Source: Cercozoa sp. M6MM (taxonomy: Eukaryota > Protista > Endomyxa: Ascetosporea). From it: 64,000 bases of DNA. The stretch lies in the NCBI GenBank assembly GCA_040357565.1, contig JBDODJ010000061.1. The stretch is one strand, 5' to 3'. The notes under the pieces are model-generated. The model searched no databases. It saw nothing but the letters and a program-made list of their open reading frames with translations, and was not told the DNA's origin. The position numbers and the translations under genes are program-made. This document shows positions 41,967 to 56,000 of the stretch, in pieces; the stretch's first letter is position 1; the number at the start of each line of letters is the position of its first letter.

Positions 41967-43513
41967 CTAACCGAGCGTCGGCGCCGGCTTGTGCGGCCGC
42001 AGGATGAAAGCGATCAACAGGGCCAATGCAGCGATCGACGTGAGACACAAGAAGAAGTGCGCCGACGACAGGCGCGACTCGAGCACCAGAAACAACGCAT
42101 CGGACCCGATACTACAACAAAGAAAGGGTGCTTTGTGTTGCAGTTGCAAACAAACAACTAAGTGTACCCGGAGAGACCCCAGGCCGTCACAATGACACCG
42201 TAGATACGAGCAAAGTTTCGAATGCCGAATGCACGAGTCACCCTTAATACATCAAGTTGAAGCACTCAGACATCATATGTCTATGTATATTTTAAATAGA
42301 GGTACATTGGCGGAAAGAGTCCCAGAATGCCGCCATAACAAAAGGCCGACAGGAAGGTAAGCGCAAAGAAGAGTGGCCAGACCGAGAGTGCACCCGGCAC
42401 ACAGTACATTGCCGTCACTGCAGTCGTCAGGAGAGGCAACAAGATGCCTGTTCTTCGCACGCCAAGGTGGTCCTGTAAACAAACATTAACACCCTCTAGA
42501 ACGAGCCAGCACACATGTACCGACAGAGCGCCAAAACTCCAACGACCGGCAGCATTTGCGATCGCAGTTGCCTGCACAGGTAGCATATGTATTTGTACTA
42601 TCCCAATGATTTACACGAGTGGTACAGCAGCCAGTTGGGTCAGTGCAGCGTCGGAGAAATCGGAGCCAAAGTCTTTAAAAGTTCCCAGGACGAGGTGACC
42701 TAATTCATCCCAAACCTTTCAGTCAGTTCGAGTTGTGTAAGCACTCTCGCAGTACCCGGGACAGTGATGGTAACAAGCCACATCGCCATCACCCAGAAGC
42801 GAGTAGACGTAACTGCCTCGCGAAGCGTGCTGTCATCGCATGCGTCCAAGACTCCCTCACTGCTTTCTGGCAGGGTTGCCAGTGTGCTCGGTGCGTTTTC
42901 TGAGTCAGCATTGATGCTGTCGCTCTTGTTGTCCAACAGAGCGCTCTCTTCCTCCGGTGTGACACTCGGTGGTTGTGATATCTGCGCACTCTCTAGTATG
43001 AAGTAACAAGAAGCACACAAGACACCAGATCTACCAGGAAGGAAGGCAACGCAGCAAAGCAGAAGAACACGACGCTCATAATCAACAGCATGCGTGGCAC
43101 ACGTTCCACCACTATAGCAAGAGTTTGACCGGATAAAAACGTCGATAAAGCCTTAGACTATACCCGAAGAGTCGGGAGGAAAAAAGCCATTGTCGTCTCG
43201 GTCTTCGTTGTCGGGATTTACCACTGCACAAAAGGGGCAGGTCCAGTGGTACAAGACAGCAACTGTTAATCAAAGGTACAAAGCATCACGAGCGGGTTCC
43301 AAACGACACCACCGGCCCCAATGAACGCTTTGATTAGGCCTGAAACGGCACCTATCCTCCGAGGAAACCAGCGCTGGGCCACCACTGAGCAGACAGACAA
43401 GATTCAATTACTTGATCTGTCTCACAACAGACACACGGAATCACTGTCGGTGTGTACCCATTGGACCTATCTGGCACTGCAAAAGCACACACAAACTGTG
43501 TGTGTGTGTGTGT

Positions 43514-43559
<46 letters not shown>

Positions 43560-43569
43560 NNNNNNNNNN

Positions 43570-43657
<88 letters not shown>

Positions 43658-43804
43658 GCTTGCATCGGGAGTACGGGGCCGCTTGCTTGCTACGACGTTT
43701 ACGTTTTGTGTAACATAGTTGCCTGGCTGAGCGAGCGAGTCTTTTTGTTATACGAACATACGAACGGAACCCGCCGTCGCGTCGCTTACATTGCTTGCAA
43801 CCAT
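41967..43804 (-). CDS. MFS transporter (OFA/OxlT-like); 5' boundary uncertain
   Basis: QRWFPRRIGAVSGL, REAVTSTRFW, IANAAGRWSFGALSDHLG, FCYGGILGLFP and FGIRNFARIYG. Confidence 0.82.
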
Positions 43805-44169
43805 TGATTTTAAACGAAAAGCCCGGGTCGGTCAACAGCGCTAACGCAAGCAGCCGTCCGGCCAGTTAGTTCAGTGATACTGCACACTTTCAGTAGTCAT
43901 TGCTTCGACCCGCCCGCACGGAGGTCATAAACTTGAAGGTCCTGGAGTTTGATGCTGACCTTGATATCGACGATTAACTACCGTGGCAAAAAACATGAAA
44001 CTGTGCCGGTAAAACTACGGTAACGTTAATGTCTTGCAACTTGTAATTTAACAGGACAGTTTACTTATACCCGCTTGCTCACAGATCAGGAGTGCTGGAT
44101 CAAATTTGTATTTAAAAAATCATTTCATAAGGCAGGACGTTGGTTCAGTCCATTGTCCAATACTTGCAT

Positions 44170-44538
44170 TTATGGGGCAGTGCGAGCGTGTCGATGGTAG
44201 TGGTGCTCTATGGAGTTTCGATGGTGACGGTGTCCGGACTCTTGGCCTTGCACCGCGAGCACGGTCTGCGGCTGTTCCGGAGTTGCAGGCACTGGCACTG
44301 GCACTGGCACAGGAACGGCTTGAACCGGCACTGGCTGCGGCACCGCCACTGCTTGCAAGCGACCTTCATGATAGTGATGGTGACGGTGGTGATGGCGGGG
44401 GTGTGATCTCCCGGCTGGTTCTGGTGCTCCCTGAACTGCAACTGCCGCAGGAGGCTCTTGCTGCAGTTGCTTCTGCTCCAGGGCGGCTTGTTGTTGTTCG
44501 ACCGCAAGTTCTTGCTTCTCAGATCGGATAGCTTGCAT
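44170..44538 (-). CDS. Intronless orphan ORF, Gln/His/Pro-Val-rich, 122 aa
   Basis: Clean ATG...TAA ORF in an otherwise intergenic interval, with two His-rich blocks. No recognisable homology. Confidence 0.4.
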   Translation of the reverse strand: MQAIRSEKQELAVEQQQAALEQKQLQQEPPAAVAVQGAPEPAGRSHPRHHHRHHHYHEGRLQAVAVPQPVPVQAVPVPVPVPVPATPEQPQTVLAVQGQESGHRHHRNSIEHHYHRHARTAP

Positions 44539-44704
44539 TATGATCGGATACCTTTGAGATAGCTTGCATTATGATACCTAACCTTTTTGCCTCTCATTAT
44601 GATCAAATGGCTATCTCAGAACCGCAAAGTGGCTATTTGAGATAGCTTGCATTATGATCAAATGGCTATCTGAGAGCGAGACGTCGCCATCATAATGCAA
44701 GCTA
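44527..44704. repeat. Cluster of 18-bp GATAGCTTGCATTATGAT direct repeats plus one inverted copy
   Basis: Copies at 44527, 44558 and 44641, a partial copy at 44595, and an inverted ATCATAATGCAAGCTA at 44689-44704. Confidence 0.85.
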
Positions 44705-44775
44705 ACCAGTAAAACGACGTACTCCTGTCCGTCAGACGACCTCACGAGTACAGTCGAGCAGCGGAGCAGCGTACC

Positions 44776-46125
44776 TCAGCTCTGCTGCTGCTGAGAACGA
44801 CGTCGACGCGGACGACGACGGCGTCGTCGCTTGTCACTGCCCTCGTTCGTCAAGGCGGCGGTGTCAGCGTTGGCACTGCCACTCACTTGCTTGGAGGCAT
44901 CGGCGTTTCGGTTTGTACGACGACGTGGTCGCGTCTTTCGGCGTTGCTACAGAGTAGGGGTGTCAATTTGAACGCAGAGGCACGTGACACTTCTTTGTAA
45001 GCTTACCTGTTGCTGCATTTGCGTGCCGCTCTGGTGTGTATTCGCAATCTCGCCAAATGTCTCCAGGTCCATCTTTGCCATTTTACTCATAACCACAACA
45101 CACCCACACACCCACACTCGCACACCCACACCCACACACACTCCGCGAGTATAACGGCAAAGTACCTGCCTTTGCCTGTGGAAGGATGGACGCACTTCAC
45201 GCGGCTCGCCTTCCGCAAGGGTATCGAAGAAACTACGTGTGATGCAATGAAGTCAGGTAAGACACGCCATAGTGTGCAAAAGCCAGGGGAGTACCCAACA
45301 GACGGGTCAAAGGCAACGGCGGGTTGCTCGGTGTTTTTCTGACCACTCTTGGAGCGCTTCCTGCACACCACAACACCACGTGTCCACACACGTAAACAAA
45401 CGACTTGGGACGGTACTTTCGCGTGCGTCGCGGTTTCTGCTGCTGCTGTTTCGACTGCGACGATCGTTGTCGCTGCGGCTGCGGCGGCTGCTGCAGCTGC
45501 TGCGCAGGGTTTTCCGACACTGTTTCGGGGATCTTGGGAATGCGTGCTAAAGTACGAAAAAGGGTTATGACACATAAGAACAAGAAACAAGGCAAAACGC
45601 ACAGTGCACAGACGGCACACGCAGCACGTGAGAATCCGGCAACGTTCGCAGTGCCGCAATGTCAGCGCGGGCCAGCGTAACCTGCGTGCGCACATAAATG
45701 ATAAACACATCAACTGTGAAGATACATCCACATATCGATACAGACAGAGACACATACATACACAACACACAGACGCACACACACACAGGCACAGTACCCG
45801 AGGCAGCATAGCGTCATGTGGCGGAAGCTGCGTCTCACAATCTCGGTCCTCGGTACCAAAACACACGACCTGGACATGCAGACCGAAATTCACCGATGCT
45901 ACACATTCTACATAAGTATAACTAGAAAAAAAAGTACCTGCGTGAGTTGGACTTTCTGGTCGCGCAAATTCACAGCGTCGAGAATGCCCTCATAACGCAT
46001 CTGAAGAAAAAGGGAAGCCATCCAGACAAAAATACCAGGAAAAGACCACATTTTCTATCAAAAAGCAACGTGATTATTACCCCGCGTTTGGTGATCACGT
46101 CGACGTACTTGCCGACGTACGACAT
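44776..46125 (-). CDS. LSM14: LSM14/Scd6/Trailer-hitch family mRNA decay/P-body protein
   Basis: LSm domain MSYVGKYVDVITKRG-MRYEGILDAVNLRDQKVQLTQ-VVCFGTEDR, FFD box (FFDTL), TFG box (KMDLETFGE) and an Arg-rich tail. Confidence 0.88.
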
Positions 46126-46462
46126 CTGCTATAAGCGTCCTCACTCAGCAAAAAATCACTTTTAGCTCTTGAGCCAATGTTTAGTGCTTGCTCACAGACT
46201 CCTGGTCCGCACACGTTAGTGCACGTTAGTTCTGCACTCTATAGAACAGTGGCGCTCACATTTTGGCGCGGCTTTAACAAAAATACACTGCCGTCCAGAG
46301 CTCGAAATATTGAGTGCCAGATACTAAATTACAGGAATCTTTGTGCTGTTAAGCACATGTTTGGTGCTAGTGCGGCAGTTCGCCAACTCACCGGTAGTTT
46401 TCCAATATCCCAGGTCGCCACGGTGCCCTCTGTTTCTGGCAAGTCACCGACTAGTGGATGTT

Positions 46463-47958
46463 ATGCAACAAAAAATACTGTCAGGTGCCCTGTGTTTCTT
46501 CGTCCTCATCCCGGGCGCCGTGATCTTATTGAATGCCATTTGCGTGATCTTTCCGTTCCTGTGGCCTTTGTATGGCGTCTACATTGCCTATATTATGTGG
46601 GTACCGTCCCCAATAAAAAGGTCGATCTCGTGTGTTCCGTATGTGCTCTTTGTGTGAGCAGGATGATACCGAAACCAGGCCGAACGAGAGAGCTTGCAGC
46701 AAGTGGCGCAACCATTTTGTGTGGAACTGCTTGCGAGAATACTATCCCGTGTCAACTCATGCGTTGGAGAAACTAGGTGTGCCATGTCTTAAACCAAATG
46801 AACTAGCATGAATGAAAGCGTAAGTGAATTCTTTGCGCAGATGACGACAAAACTTACTTGTTTTGCAGTCACCCGCACGGCATTTTTGGACAGGGAATTG
46901 TATCGAGTTTTGCACTGCAATCTAAGGAGTTTCGCGACACGTTTGGCATGTATCACATCACTTACAGCTTAACCGTGTTCCTGTTCCCAAAACTGTTCGC
47001 TGAGTTTACTGAACTGGGCAGGTCGGGCGATAAAGTGCGTGTGACCACGCTGCCTCTCAATTTTAAAGGTAACCTTCCAACTAATGCAATGTATGTAAGA
47101 TTCCATCTTATGTCTGTGTGTGATTGTAGTTCCATTCTGGCGCGAAGTCGTGACAAAAATGGGCTTTGTCTCCGTGGACCGTATTTTTGTCGATCAAAGC
47201 AGAGTTTCCAATCCTTCATCCCGTATCCACATTTAGGCAAGTCATTCGACGCTCACCTGTCGCATGGCACCTCACTGGTCGTCGTGGTTGGTGGTGCCTC
47301 CGAGGCATTGGATGCGTGTCCCACGACGTACTCAGCGCCCTTCATTGTTGCTGTTGTTGCTGTGCTTGCAATACACCTTCACCTTATCTGTGTGCAGCAA
47401 CTGCGTTCATCTCAAGCACCGCAAAGGCTTCGTGCGACGAGCGTTGCACAATGGCGTGTCACTTGTGCCCGTGTTCACCTTTGGCGAGAACGAACTGTTC
47501 AACGTGCACAATGTATGTTGTGTTCTCAGAGTATTGGGAGGAAGAAGTTGTGAACTGGTGTGCTCAGTTCCCAGAGGGCAGCATCGGACGGCGCGTGCAA
47601 ACTTTTCTGAAACAACACATGTCGTTTTCAATGCCTCTGTTCTTCGGACGTTTTTTGGTACAGTATATTCTACTTTGTTTGTTTGCGTTGTATCACACTT
47701 TGATTCAGGGTATGCTGCCATTCAAGCGCCCGCTTACTGTGGTCACTGGCCGGCCACTAGAGCTGCCGCACCTGCCGTCGCCTACGCCGCTGCAAGTCGA
47801 CGAGTGGCACACGCGCTATGTTGAACGACTGCGCGAGACGTTTGCTGAGGGTACCTTTCAGCACTCGATGGTTTTTGTTCGCGCTCATATCGTTTACTCG
47901 TTGTTGCTCAGGCGTGAAACTGCACCCAGGTTCAGTACCGCCTCTCGAGATCAAGTAA
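46463..47958 (+). CDS. DGAT2: Diacylglycerol/monoacylglycerol acyltransferase, DGAT2 family
   Basis: FCSHPHGIF, VVVGGASEAL, LKHRKGFVRRALHNGVSLVPVFTFGENELF, GMLPFKRPLTVVTGRPL. TAA at 47956-47958. Confidence 0.92.
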
Positions 47959-48264
47959 TACCGTACTCGATGCGACGTATGAGTGACACTGCGCTCAAGC
48001 AGGATCCATCGTCCATTGAAATCGAATATATCCTGCCAAACAACCGTGACGCTGAGAGTGCGACATCAAAGGCAGAACCGACCAGAACTCGTGACGAGTT
48101 TAGTTTTTTTAGCCGTTTGCCCAAAGGCTACGCTACTGATAACCCGTACCATGCAGCAAATTTACACGACAGTACCTTAAAGAAAGCTGACTGGCGCGGC
48201 TTTGTCAGTTTTCGTGACTGTATCTTCTGCTTACTGTAGTTCAACTTAACTAAAGTATTTCAAC

Positions 48265-51200
48265 TTAGTTCGCAGCGGTGCCAGTGCGATGCCAGCTGCA
48301 GCCACTGGGTCGGTGCCAGGTGCCGTGCTCTAAGTGGTCACTCGAAGTAGATTCAACTGAAGGGTGAGACCGAGTGGTTTTACCATCATCGTCGTCCGAG
48401 AGGTATTCGGCACCCTTGCTGCGACTGACGCCGTTGTCAGCATGCTGATTCTTACCGGTGCTTGTAGTGTCGTTCTTTGGCGTACCAAAGGTTACAGGCA
48501 CGCCGTTGCGACTCCAGGGAGACTTGACGGAACGGTGTTCGTTGATGCGTTTCAGCAGCCGGTGCATTGAGTTCTCGGTTCTGTTGGTTCTGCTTGCAAC
48601 AAAAAATCGATACGGTAGATATGCAAACGCTTAGGAGATTGCAAGAAGCAAAAAGCTTACGCAGCCGATGCGTTGCCTGAGACAGGTGAGAGCACAGAGC
48701 GCCAGTTACCGGACATCCCCAGCGATGAGGCAGTCGATGCTGCTTTACATTTTCCTTTCACTGGATAGGATCATCTCTCAGAGTAAATTGTACAGATCGG
48801 CGAATCCGGCAACTCAAAGTCGAGCACTGCCAACGGACGCCGTCGTGCGCGTCGTAAGCGTTGCATCTACATGTTTATGTGTATACATACACATATCTGT
48901 GTATTTCGATATCGGTAGAGATAGAAACCGATACATAAAGATATATATATATATATATATATGCAAGATGGGCTGTGCACCAAGGACTGGGCCACGCGGA
49001 AGTTGTCCTTCTTGTGTCGCAGCGAATCGACGCCACGACGTTGCGTGCGCCAGAAGCGGTGCCACGCGGCTCCTTCAAAGCGACTGCAGTAGTCGAAGCG
49101 ACGCTGTGCTGCTTGTGCCCTGTGTTGCACATGTCGACTCAAGACTGACGGGAAGCCATACATTGAACACACATAGTGAATGGTACAGCGGGTGCTCTGG
49201 GTGCAGTCGCGTTTCGCAACAGAACTGGAGCGTCGAGTTCAGCTACGGACGTGTGAGAAACTCTTGACCCAAAGAAAACTGACTTTGTGTACTTACCAAT
49301 TGCACGTGCAGGTCAAGCGTGAGTGCGCGACTCTGCGTATGCTTGACTATGAAAGAGTTCTCTAGCACAGGCACAGAGACATGAGAGTACATTGTTCAGA
49401 ACGGTGGACGCCAACTCTTGCATTGCACTACGGTACAGTGATACACTCTGGCTTCCTTCGATACTGTGGAACAGTTAGAGAGTCTATTTACGCAAGGGCA
49501 TACTGTGCCGGCATTTGTGTTGCCTGCACCGACGTCAGATGGTTTGCCTGTCTCGGTGCGTGCCGACGTGTCTATAATTTATACTATATGAAAAACAGTA
49601 CATACTTTATATATGTAAGTTATAGTTGCTAACCTCGTTGCGACGAATAGCCTCACGTGCAGCGAGAACGATCTACTCACACGAGGTTTCGGTAGTTTAG
49701 TATTTACACAGTCAGCACGGAAGTACAAGACCCAAGTCGGCCAGTTGAGTACGACAGCCCGAGCTGTCAAAGTCGGAGCGACGTGCCAGTGCTCGCATGC
49801 ACCACTATGGCAAAGTAACTCTCCCGATATACACAAGCAAAGGCACTCACAACCGGTACCACGAACTGCGTCAACACTGGTTCATCGCAGCGTCGTCCCT
49901 GCCACAAGTGCACTCATAGACTGTACTACAAACACAGACAGCAGTCTTACCCGCAGGCGAGGCACAACAACGCACGCTGCGAGTGTTTCGAGCTGTGCCA
50001 ACGCCTGAGCCAGCGACCACTACCATGAACCAGTTGAAACTTCCCATCTGTTCTGAAAAATGAACACTCAAAGTTTACATTGTGCGTCGGCGTGTTGGGC
50101 TGTGCCTGAGGGTCAAACCCGAAACTGTACGCCATTAGCAACACCGATATCGACGTAGCGACCGCATTGTCCCCATCTTCACCTTCATTTGCAATATTAA
50201 AAGAAACTACAACATCGTTCAGTTAAAGAAGTCACCTGTCACTTGCGCCAGCTCATGCACCATATCCTCGGAATCTACAGTTGTGATCAGCATATGGACA
50301 CTCATGAAGAGTACATGGAAACCTACCAAACAACTTGCGAGCTGCGAAGAAGTCACGACGCGCACGTGCCAGAATCTGCAGTCTGTGCAACACGTCGGTT
50401 CGACTGAACTAGCTGCTAGTTAAAATCATGTGGAGATACCTCAAGTTGTAGAAGCGTGCACGTGGCCTACAAGGAGAATAAAGCGTGTCGTTTCAGTTCA
50501 AACGAGAGAATCAGTATACTTCAGCGCAAAAGCATTGTCGCAAGCAACGGCGGCATAGAACGCGTCGCTTTGTTTCCTATACAATAGAAACACGTACACA
50601 CAAATACGCACTTAAATGCCGTGTGAACGTGTGCCGTACCGAATGATGTCAGTGCAGTTGGTTCGGTCCATTTCGAGTTGCAACAGCAGCTTCTGAGTGG
50701 CATGGAGTAAGGTGTGAATTGCGTCGCCTTGTTGGAGCTGCAGCATACACAAGAACTTTATTCATGCAGTCCATGTCTGCAGTTACGGGTGGACTCTACC
50801 GGAAGAATGCCTCGTCTGGCACGTGCACGCCAAGCACCTGCATTAAAACAAGTATGTGTAGGGAAACAACCGAACTGATCAGTAAGAGTTTCTCACGTCG
50901 CTGGCGTGCGCGTCGACGCTCTGTCGCCGTGCGTCGTCGACTGCCTGCTTGGACACAGAAGGAGGGTCATGCAGGAAGGGTTTGCACAAGAGAGGATAAG
51001 GAAGAAGAGTTGATATACCGGTACTACCGGTGCTGTTGCTGCCCGTGCTGCCTGAAGACTCAGTCATGATGCTGTAGCCACTGTGTCCGTCGTCGCGATC
51101 TTCTCGGCTCAAGTCTTTGCTCAAGTCTTTGCTCAAGTCCTTGCTCAAATCCTTGCTCATCTCCTTGTCAGTTTTGTCCGTATCCTGACTGACAGCACCA

Positions 51201-51321
51201 TTGCCGGTGTCACCAGGCATGCGAGGCGCTTCGATGTTGTCGTCGCTCGACAGTTTCTCTCGCGGCTTGCGCGCACTACAAACTCGCTCAGTCTCTTCAG
51301 TTGCCCAACAAGAGAGAGAGG

Positions 51322-51373
<52 letters not shown>

Positions 51374-54300
51374 GAGAGAAAGAGTACCGAATCGAAGTAG
51401 GCGGACGGAGTTCGGATCCAAAAGCCACCAGAGCCGTGTCTAGCAGCTGCAGTGCGACCACGCGACCCTGTCCATTGCACCCTCATCTATTGTACTCACA
51501 GACGTCAGACAGGGAAACGGAAGTTCACCTCTGACACGAGAGGACTCTCGTCGGCATCGCTTGTGGCTGTGGTGGGCATGTCACCTTCACATATTGTATG
51601 CATAACTACACAAACTATCTCCCTGTATGCTGTACGCATACGTTTGTCACGCTCGGCCTCGTCAGTCTCGGTCTTGGTTTCGTCATCGACTGCATTTATA
51701 TGATACATACACATAGTCAGCATACCATATGTATTATTCCAAAAATACAGAAAGATATTGATTTAAACATACCCACAATGTTGGCAGCTGCACAGCACAC
51801 GCGGCGAACCGCGTCGAGTTTGTGCAGAGTATCCTGCACACAAGGCACAAAAATATACGTAGTGAATAGAGTCAGAAGGCTGCGACACACCGTCAGAAGT
51901 GAACGGCCTGTCTCGAACTTCTCAGTCTCGTCGACGAAACAAGCTGACAATGAACCCACAGTTAGACAGATGTGATAGAGCGAATGTGAAATAGCCAATA
52001 CAGCAAGCGTTGCGCCGGTCAGAAGCCACGCAGTACGCGCGCAGACTGCAGGAAGCGCGTGTTTAGCCAATACAGACTGAACTGAAAGGTGCTATACAGA
52101 GATGCATGTGCGAGAATGAGTTTCTCCAGTCGCTGTCCGACATCTTCGACGTCGCCGAGTGACTCAACAATCGAACTGTCCGTCTGCAGCAACTCTGCCA
52201 CCGTGCGGAAGTCGCCGCAACGCGACAGCAGCGATACGACCTCGCCAACCACCTTGGCGTCCATCGTCTCGTCACTGCCGATGTCGTCGCGCATCTCGGC
52301 GAACCGTGCCTTCAGTTCATCTGTTGCCAAGCAAGGTAATAGAGGCAAATGACAACTAAGTAGGGGTACCCAAGAAGCGCTGCGGTTGACGCAGTGAACC
52401 AAACACTGCAACGACTGCGCGGCTTCTGTTAGCCTCGACAAACAGTATTCAGGCCATATACATATATGTATATATATGTCTCTGGGTATTTTAATAATGT
52501 ATCCTGAGGTACACTTTGACATCGTCAAGTTTGATATCGGCATGTCGACGCACTTCGCCCAATGCCTGTAGCAATAGGATAAACAGGTAGTGAAATAACA
52601 AAATAAACGGTATTACAGCGTGCATGAGAGTGATGCGAGTCGTGTCCTGATCGTTGTCGCTCTGAGCACACGGGTCACTCGACGCCAGCACGCGCAAGAA
52701 GTCAACGAACGCATCTTTGACGAGAGCGACCGGGGCTTCCTGTGCCAGCAGGCTCAGTTGCTCCAGCAACGATTGCTGTAGACACAAACACACACACACA
52801 CACACACACAAGGAGTACTAGCAGAAACTTGAAGGGCAATCCCTGCAGCAGAGTTACAGCATGGGTGACAGCATCGCTTGCCAGGCAGCGGCATTTGCTA
52901 TGGGGAGGGCATGGTATAAACTGGGATAACTACTGAATGTGTATATATATTCTCTTATAGATAGACGTAGTATGCAGATATTATTTATGCGTGTATGAGT
53001 CGTACAGGACGAGTGCATGCCACTGCGGCGTCATGTGGCACGGCGTCAGACCCAGGTGCTGCTGCTGCACGGCGTACTGCTGCTGCTGCTCCAGCAGACG
53101 TCGCACACATGTGTCGATGTCGCGCACACCAATTTCGCTGTAGTGACTGCCCCCCTTGTTGCCTAAGAGGGTGCTTAGATTCTTCAAGGAGAGTCGATTA
53201 AAAATGCAACTACGATTCATGTCCTTCTTGTTCTCACGACACTGCTTGGCGTCCTTGAGTGCCTGCGTGCATTAAACAATACTAAAGCACCTCATCCAAT
53301 AGTCAATGTGCCAGTACGGCAAGCAAGGCTTCGATCGGCACAAGCCAAACGTGCTCCCAGAACCCATGACTACAGTATTTGCACATGGACATAAACTTAC
53401 TGTAAAAAGCACAAGTTAGGGAAAGAATCTACTTGTCGCCATAGTCGGCACTAACGTCGTCGTGTGAGACATGCGAGTCGTCTTTGCTCTTGTCCTCGTT
53501 TCTATAATGCGTTCACCAGCATGAAAGCAACATGGACGGTAGAGAACAGGGGGGAAAACAAGGTACACGAATAGACGCGGCAGCTGCTGCAGAAACGACG
53601 CGATTGCCGCTGCGTGTCCATCACACAGCGCGTCCAGTTTGCTTCTGTACAACGGTTACCAACTTAATGAAAGCACAGACAGTCTGCAAAGACGAGAATC
53701 TACTGCAATTCAATCAGCTTGAGCGTGTCTTCACGCGACTCGTGCAACTGCAAGACACTGTAGTCTTCGAGTACATACTATTGGGATAGAGTGAGCTACC
53801 GACGTGCGATGCACGGAACGCAGTTGGCGCACTTCGTTGCGTTGTGCGCACACCTGCGACCAGCGACGCTGTCGCTGCAAACAAAAGGAGCAAATAACAG
53901 CAGAACAGCAACAGAAGCTCCCAACACACGATCGAGTGACGACGAGCCGGCACACTCTCGGACAGCATCAATTCGGTCAGAGCGTTGTAGTCCGCCAGTG
54001 CAGCCCTTCATCAGAAAGACAGTGTGAGTGTATCGAAACTGATGAATTAGCGGATGCGACAAAGTGTAAGTTACTCGTAGAGAGTGATGAAGTTCGCCGT
54101 CAATGGCTTCATGCCTGTTGAGTTGTTTGGAATCCAGATTGAACCAAGCAACTCGGGATGGATCAGTTAATATGGCACCTTTCACGAGCGATGCGTTGAG
54201 CTCGGAGAGTTCGCGACGGAAGTTGCCGTTTCCACTACATAAACTGATCATATGGAACATGAGAGAGACAAGTACCACATCGGTACTGAAAGCGTACACA

Positions 54301-54520
54301 ACATTGTGGTCAGAGCCGTGCTGCTGCTTGTGCGGAGTGCGACGACGCCAGTTCATGCGATTCATCTTGTTTAATCACTTCGTAGCCGTTCGGCGAAGAA
54401 TAATAATAAGCAGATACGGAGAGGGGGACACGAGTTTCGGAGATTCTGTTGAGAACGGAACTGACAAGAGAACACGGATAACTGACTTTACTGTACCTCT
54501 TCAGACTGTCGTCGGCCAAA
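48265..54520 (-). CDS. Large hypothetical multi-exon protein (may be more than one gene)
   Basis: Many open helical exons on the minus strand, e.g. QSLLEQLSLLAQEAPVALVKDAFVDFLRVL, ELKARFAEMRDDIGSDETMDAKVVGEVVSLL, and DLSK repeats. Family not recognised. Confidence 0.5.
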
Positions 54521-54882
54521 CTGGTTTCGCCTTACAGCCTCTATGTTGTCTTCAGTGCTAGTGCACGCAGGGCACTCGTTCATTTTCGGCACGAAAAACG
54601 ACGCGTTTTCTGTTGTTTCGCGCGCTAAGAGGCGTTTCTCGCTCAAACTGTAGAATTCTTGTTGAGCAAAACTACAGTACTGCATTACGTAAACCCGCAT
54701 AGATAGACATCAAAGCGACATGAGCTTGGCTTAAATCAGTAAAGGCTGGATCTTGCAACTTAAGTTTCCGGACTGTTCTGCTCGCGAATCGCACACGGTG
54801 ACTAAAAAACTTACGCAATGCGGTGCTGAAACGACGTAAGTGCAAAATAGATTGTGGTTCCAGTTTCTTAATGAATCGCGCT

Positions 54883-55814
54883 TCATCTACGGAATTCAGT
54901 TTCGCCGTTTGACGGATCGAACGGCGCTGGAGGTTCGGGCTCAGGCGGAACATAGATTTTCTCTCCAGTGAGCGGGTTGACGCTGCTCGACCAGTTCTTT
55001 TGCAGTGCTCGCGCACGACATCGAGCTCGCCACTGAGGAACAGCAAAAGTGATGCAATACTAATGTTTAAATTGTTACTGTGTGTGTGACTGAGCGGACC
55101 TTCATCCTGTCATCTTGATACTTCAGACGCATGCCTTCGGTCGTCGGTTGGTACTCAAGAGTGAGAGGATTGTACGGAACACTAGGACGATTTGCGCTTG
55201 CTTTCGTGTTGTTCTTTGCAACCGAAAAACAAACATCAAACAAAAGCAGAACCTGTGCGCAAGTATAGTTTACCACTCGCGTACGAATCTGCTGCCACTT
55301 TTGCTGTTCTTTGAGCTTTTGTTGAAGTTCATTTTGCTCGTGTTCGGCGATGCGTTGCTCTCGTTGTCGACGAATGAACTCGGCGCGTTGCTGTTCGTGA
55401 AGGTGTTTCGCGTGCAAACGTTGGTGTTCACTGGCGGCAAAGTCGTGCTCAAAGCGCTCGCGGTCGCCGAGATAGCCCGGGTCACTTTTGTCCATATGGA
55501 AGATGCGCAAATCGTTTTCTTCAGGGTGCCGCATGAACCCAAAGTCACGTTCGCGCAAACGTCGTCTCTGCGGGGGAAAAAATAATCAAGCACCGAGAGG
55601 TACATTACGTACTGTACCTCCTTGTCTTCTGATGTCAAGTGACGTTCCTCTCGCGGAATTGTCTTTAAGAACCTCTGCACGCATTTATAGTTGCAGTTTC
55701 ACAAAGAGCAAAATGACGCGATTGTACGATCTTTCGAGGAGGTTCGACATGCTCGGGAGGCAAAGGTTTCTGTGTGTCCGCAAAGGGTTCTTTCTGAGCG
55801 ATGTTCGAAAACAT
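54883..55814 (-). CDS. Coiled-coil protein with two NPLT motifs (YNPLTLEY...VNPLTGE)
   Basis: Five exons join in frame: MFSNIAQKEPF...RFLKTIP...RERDFGFMRHP...SVPYNPLTLEYQPTTEGMRLKYQDD-WRARCRARALQKNWSSSVNPLTGE. TGA at 54883-54885. Confidence 0.7.
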
Positions 55815-56000
55815 TACACTAGCTGCAGTGCAGAAGGGCATCAGTTAGGGACACGCGAGGAGCTTAACCGTGGTAGTTAAAGGTGTATTCCGTATTCAAA
55901 CACTTCCGCGCGTTGGCGCTATTGATCCCAAATTGCAGAATTTCCAGGGACTGAGGACCGAGAACCAGGTTCGTGGAGTTGGGTAGCGAATGGCAGCTCT

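Noticed and set aside
44527-44704. Repeat-spacer pattern resembling a CRISPR array
   Set aside because: Eukaryotic context, irregular spacing, an inverted copy and no cas genes.
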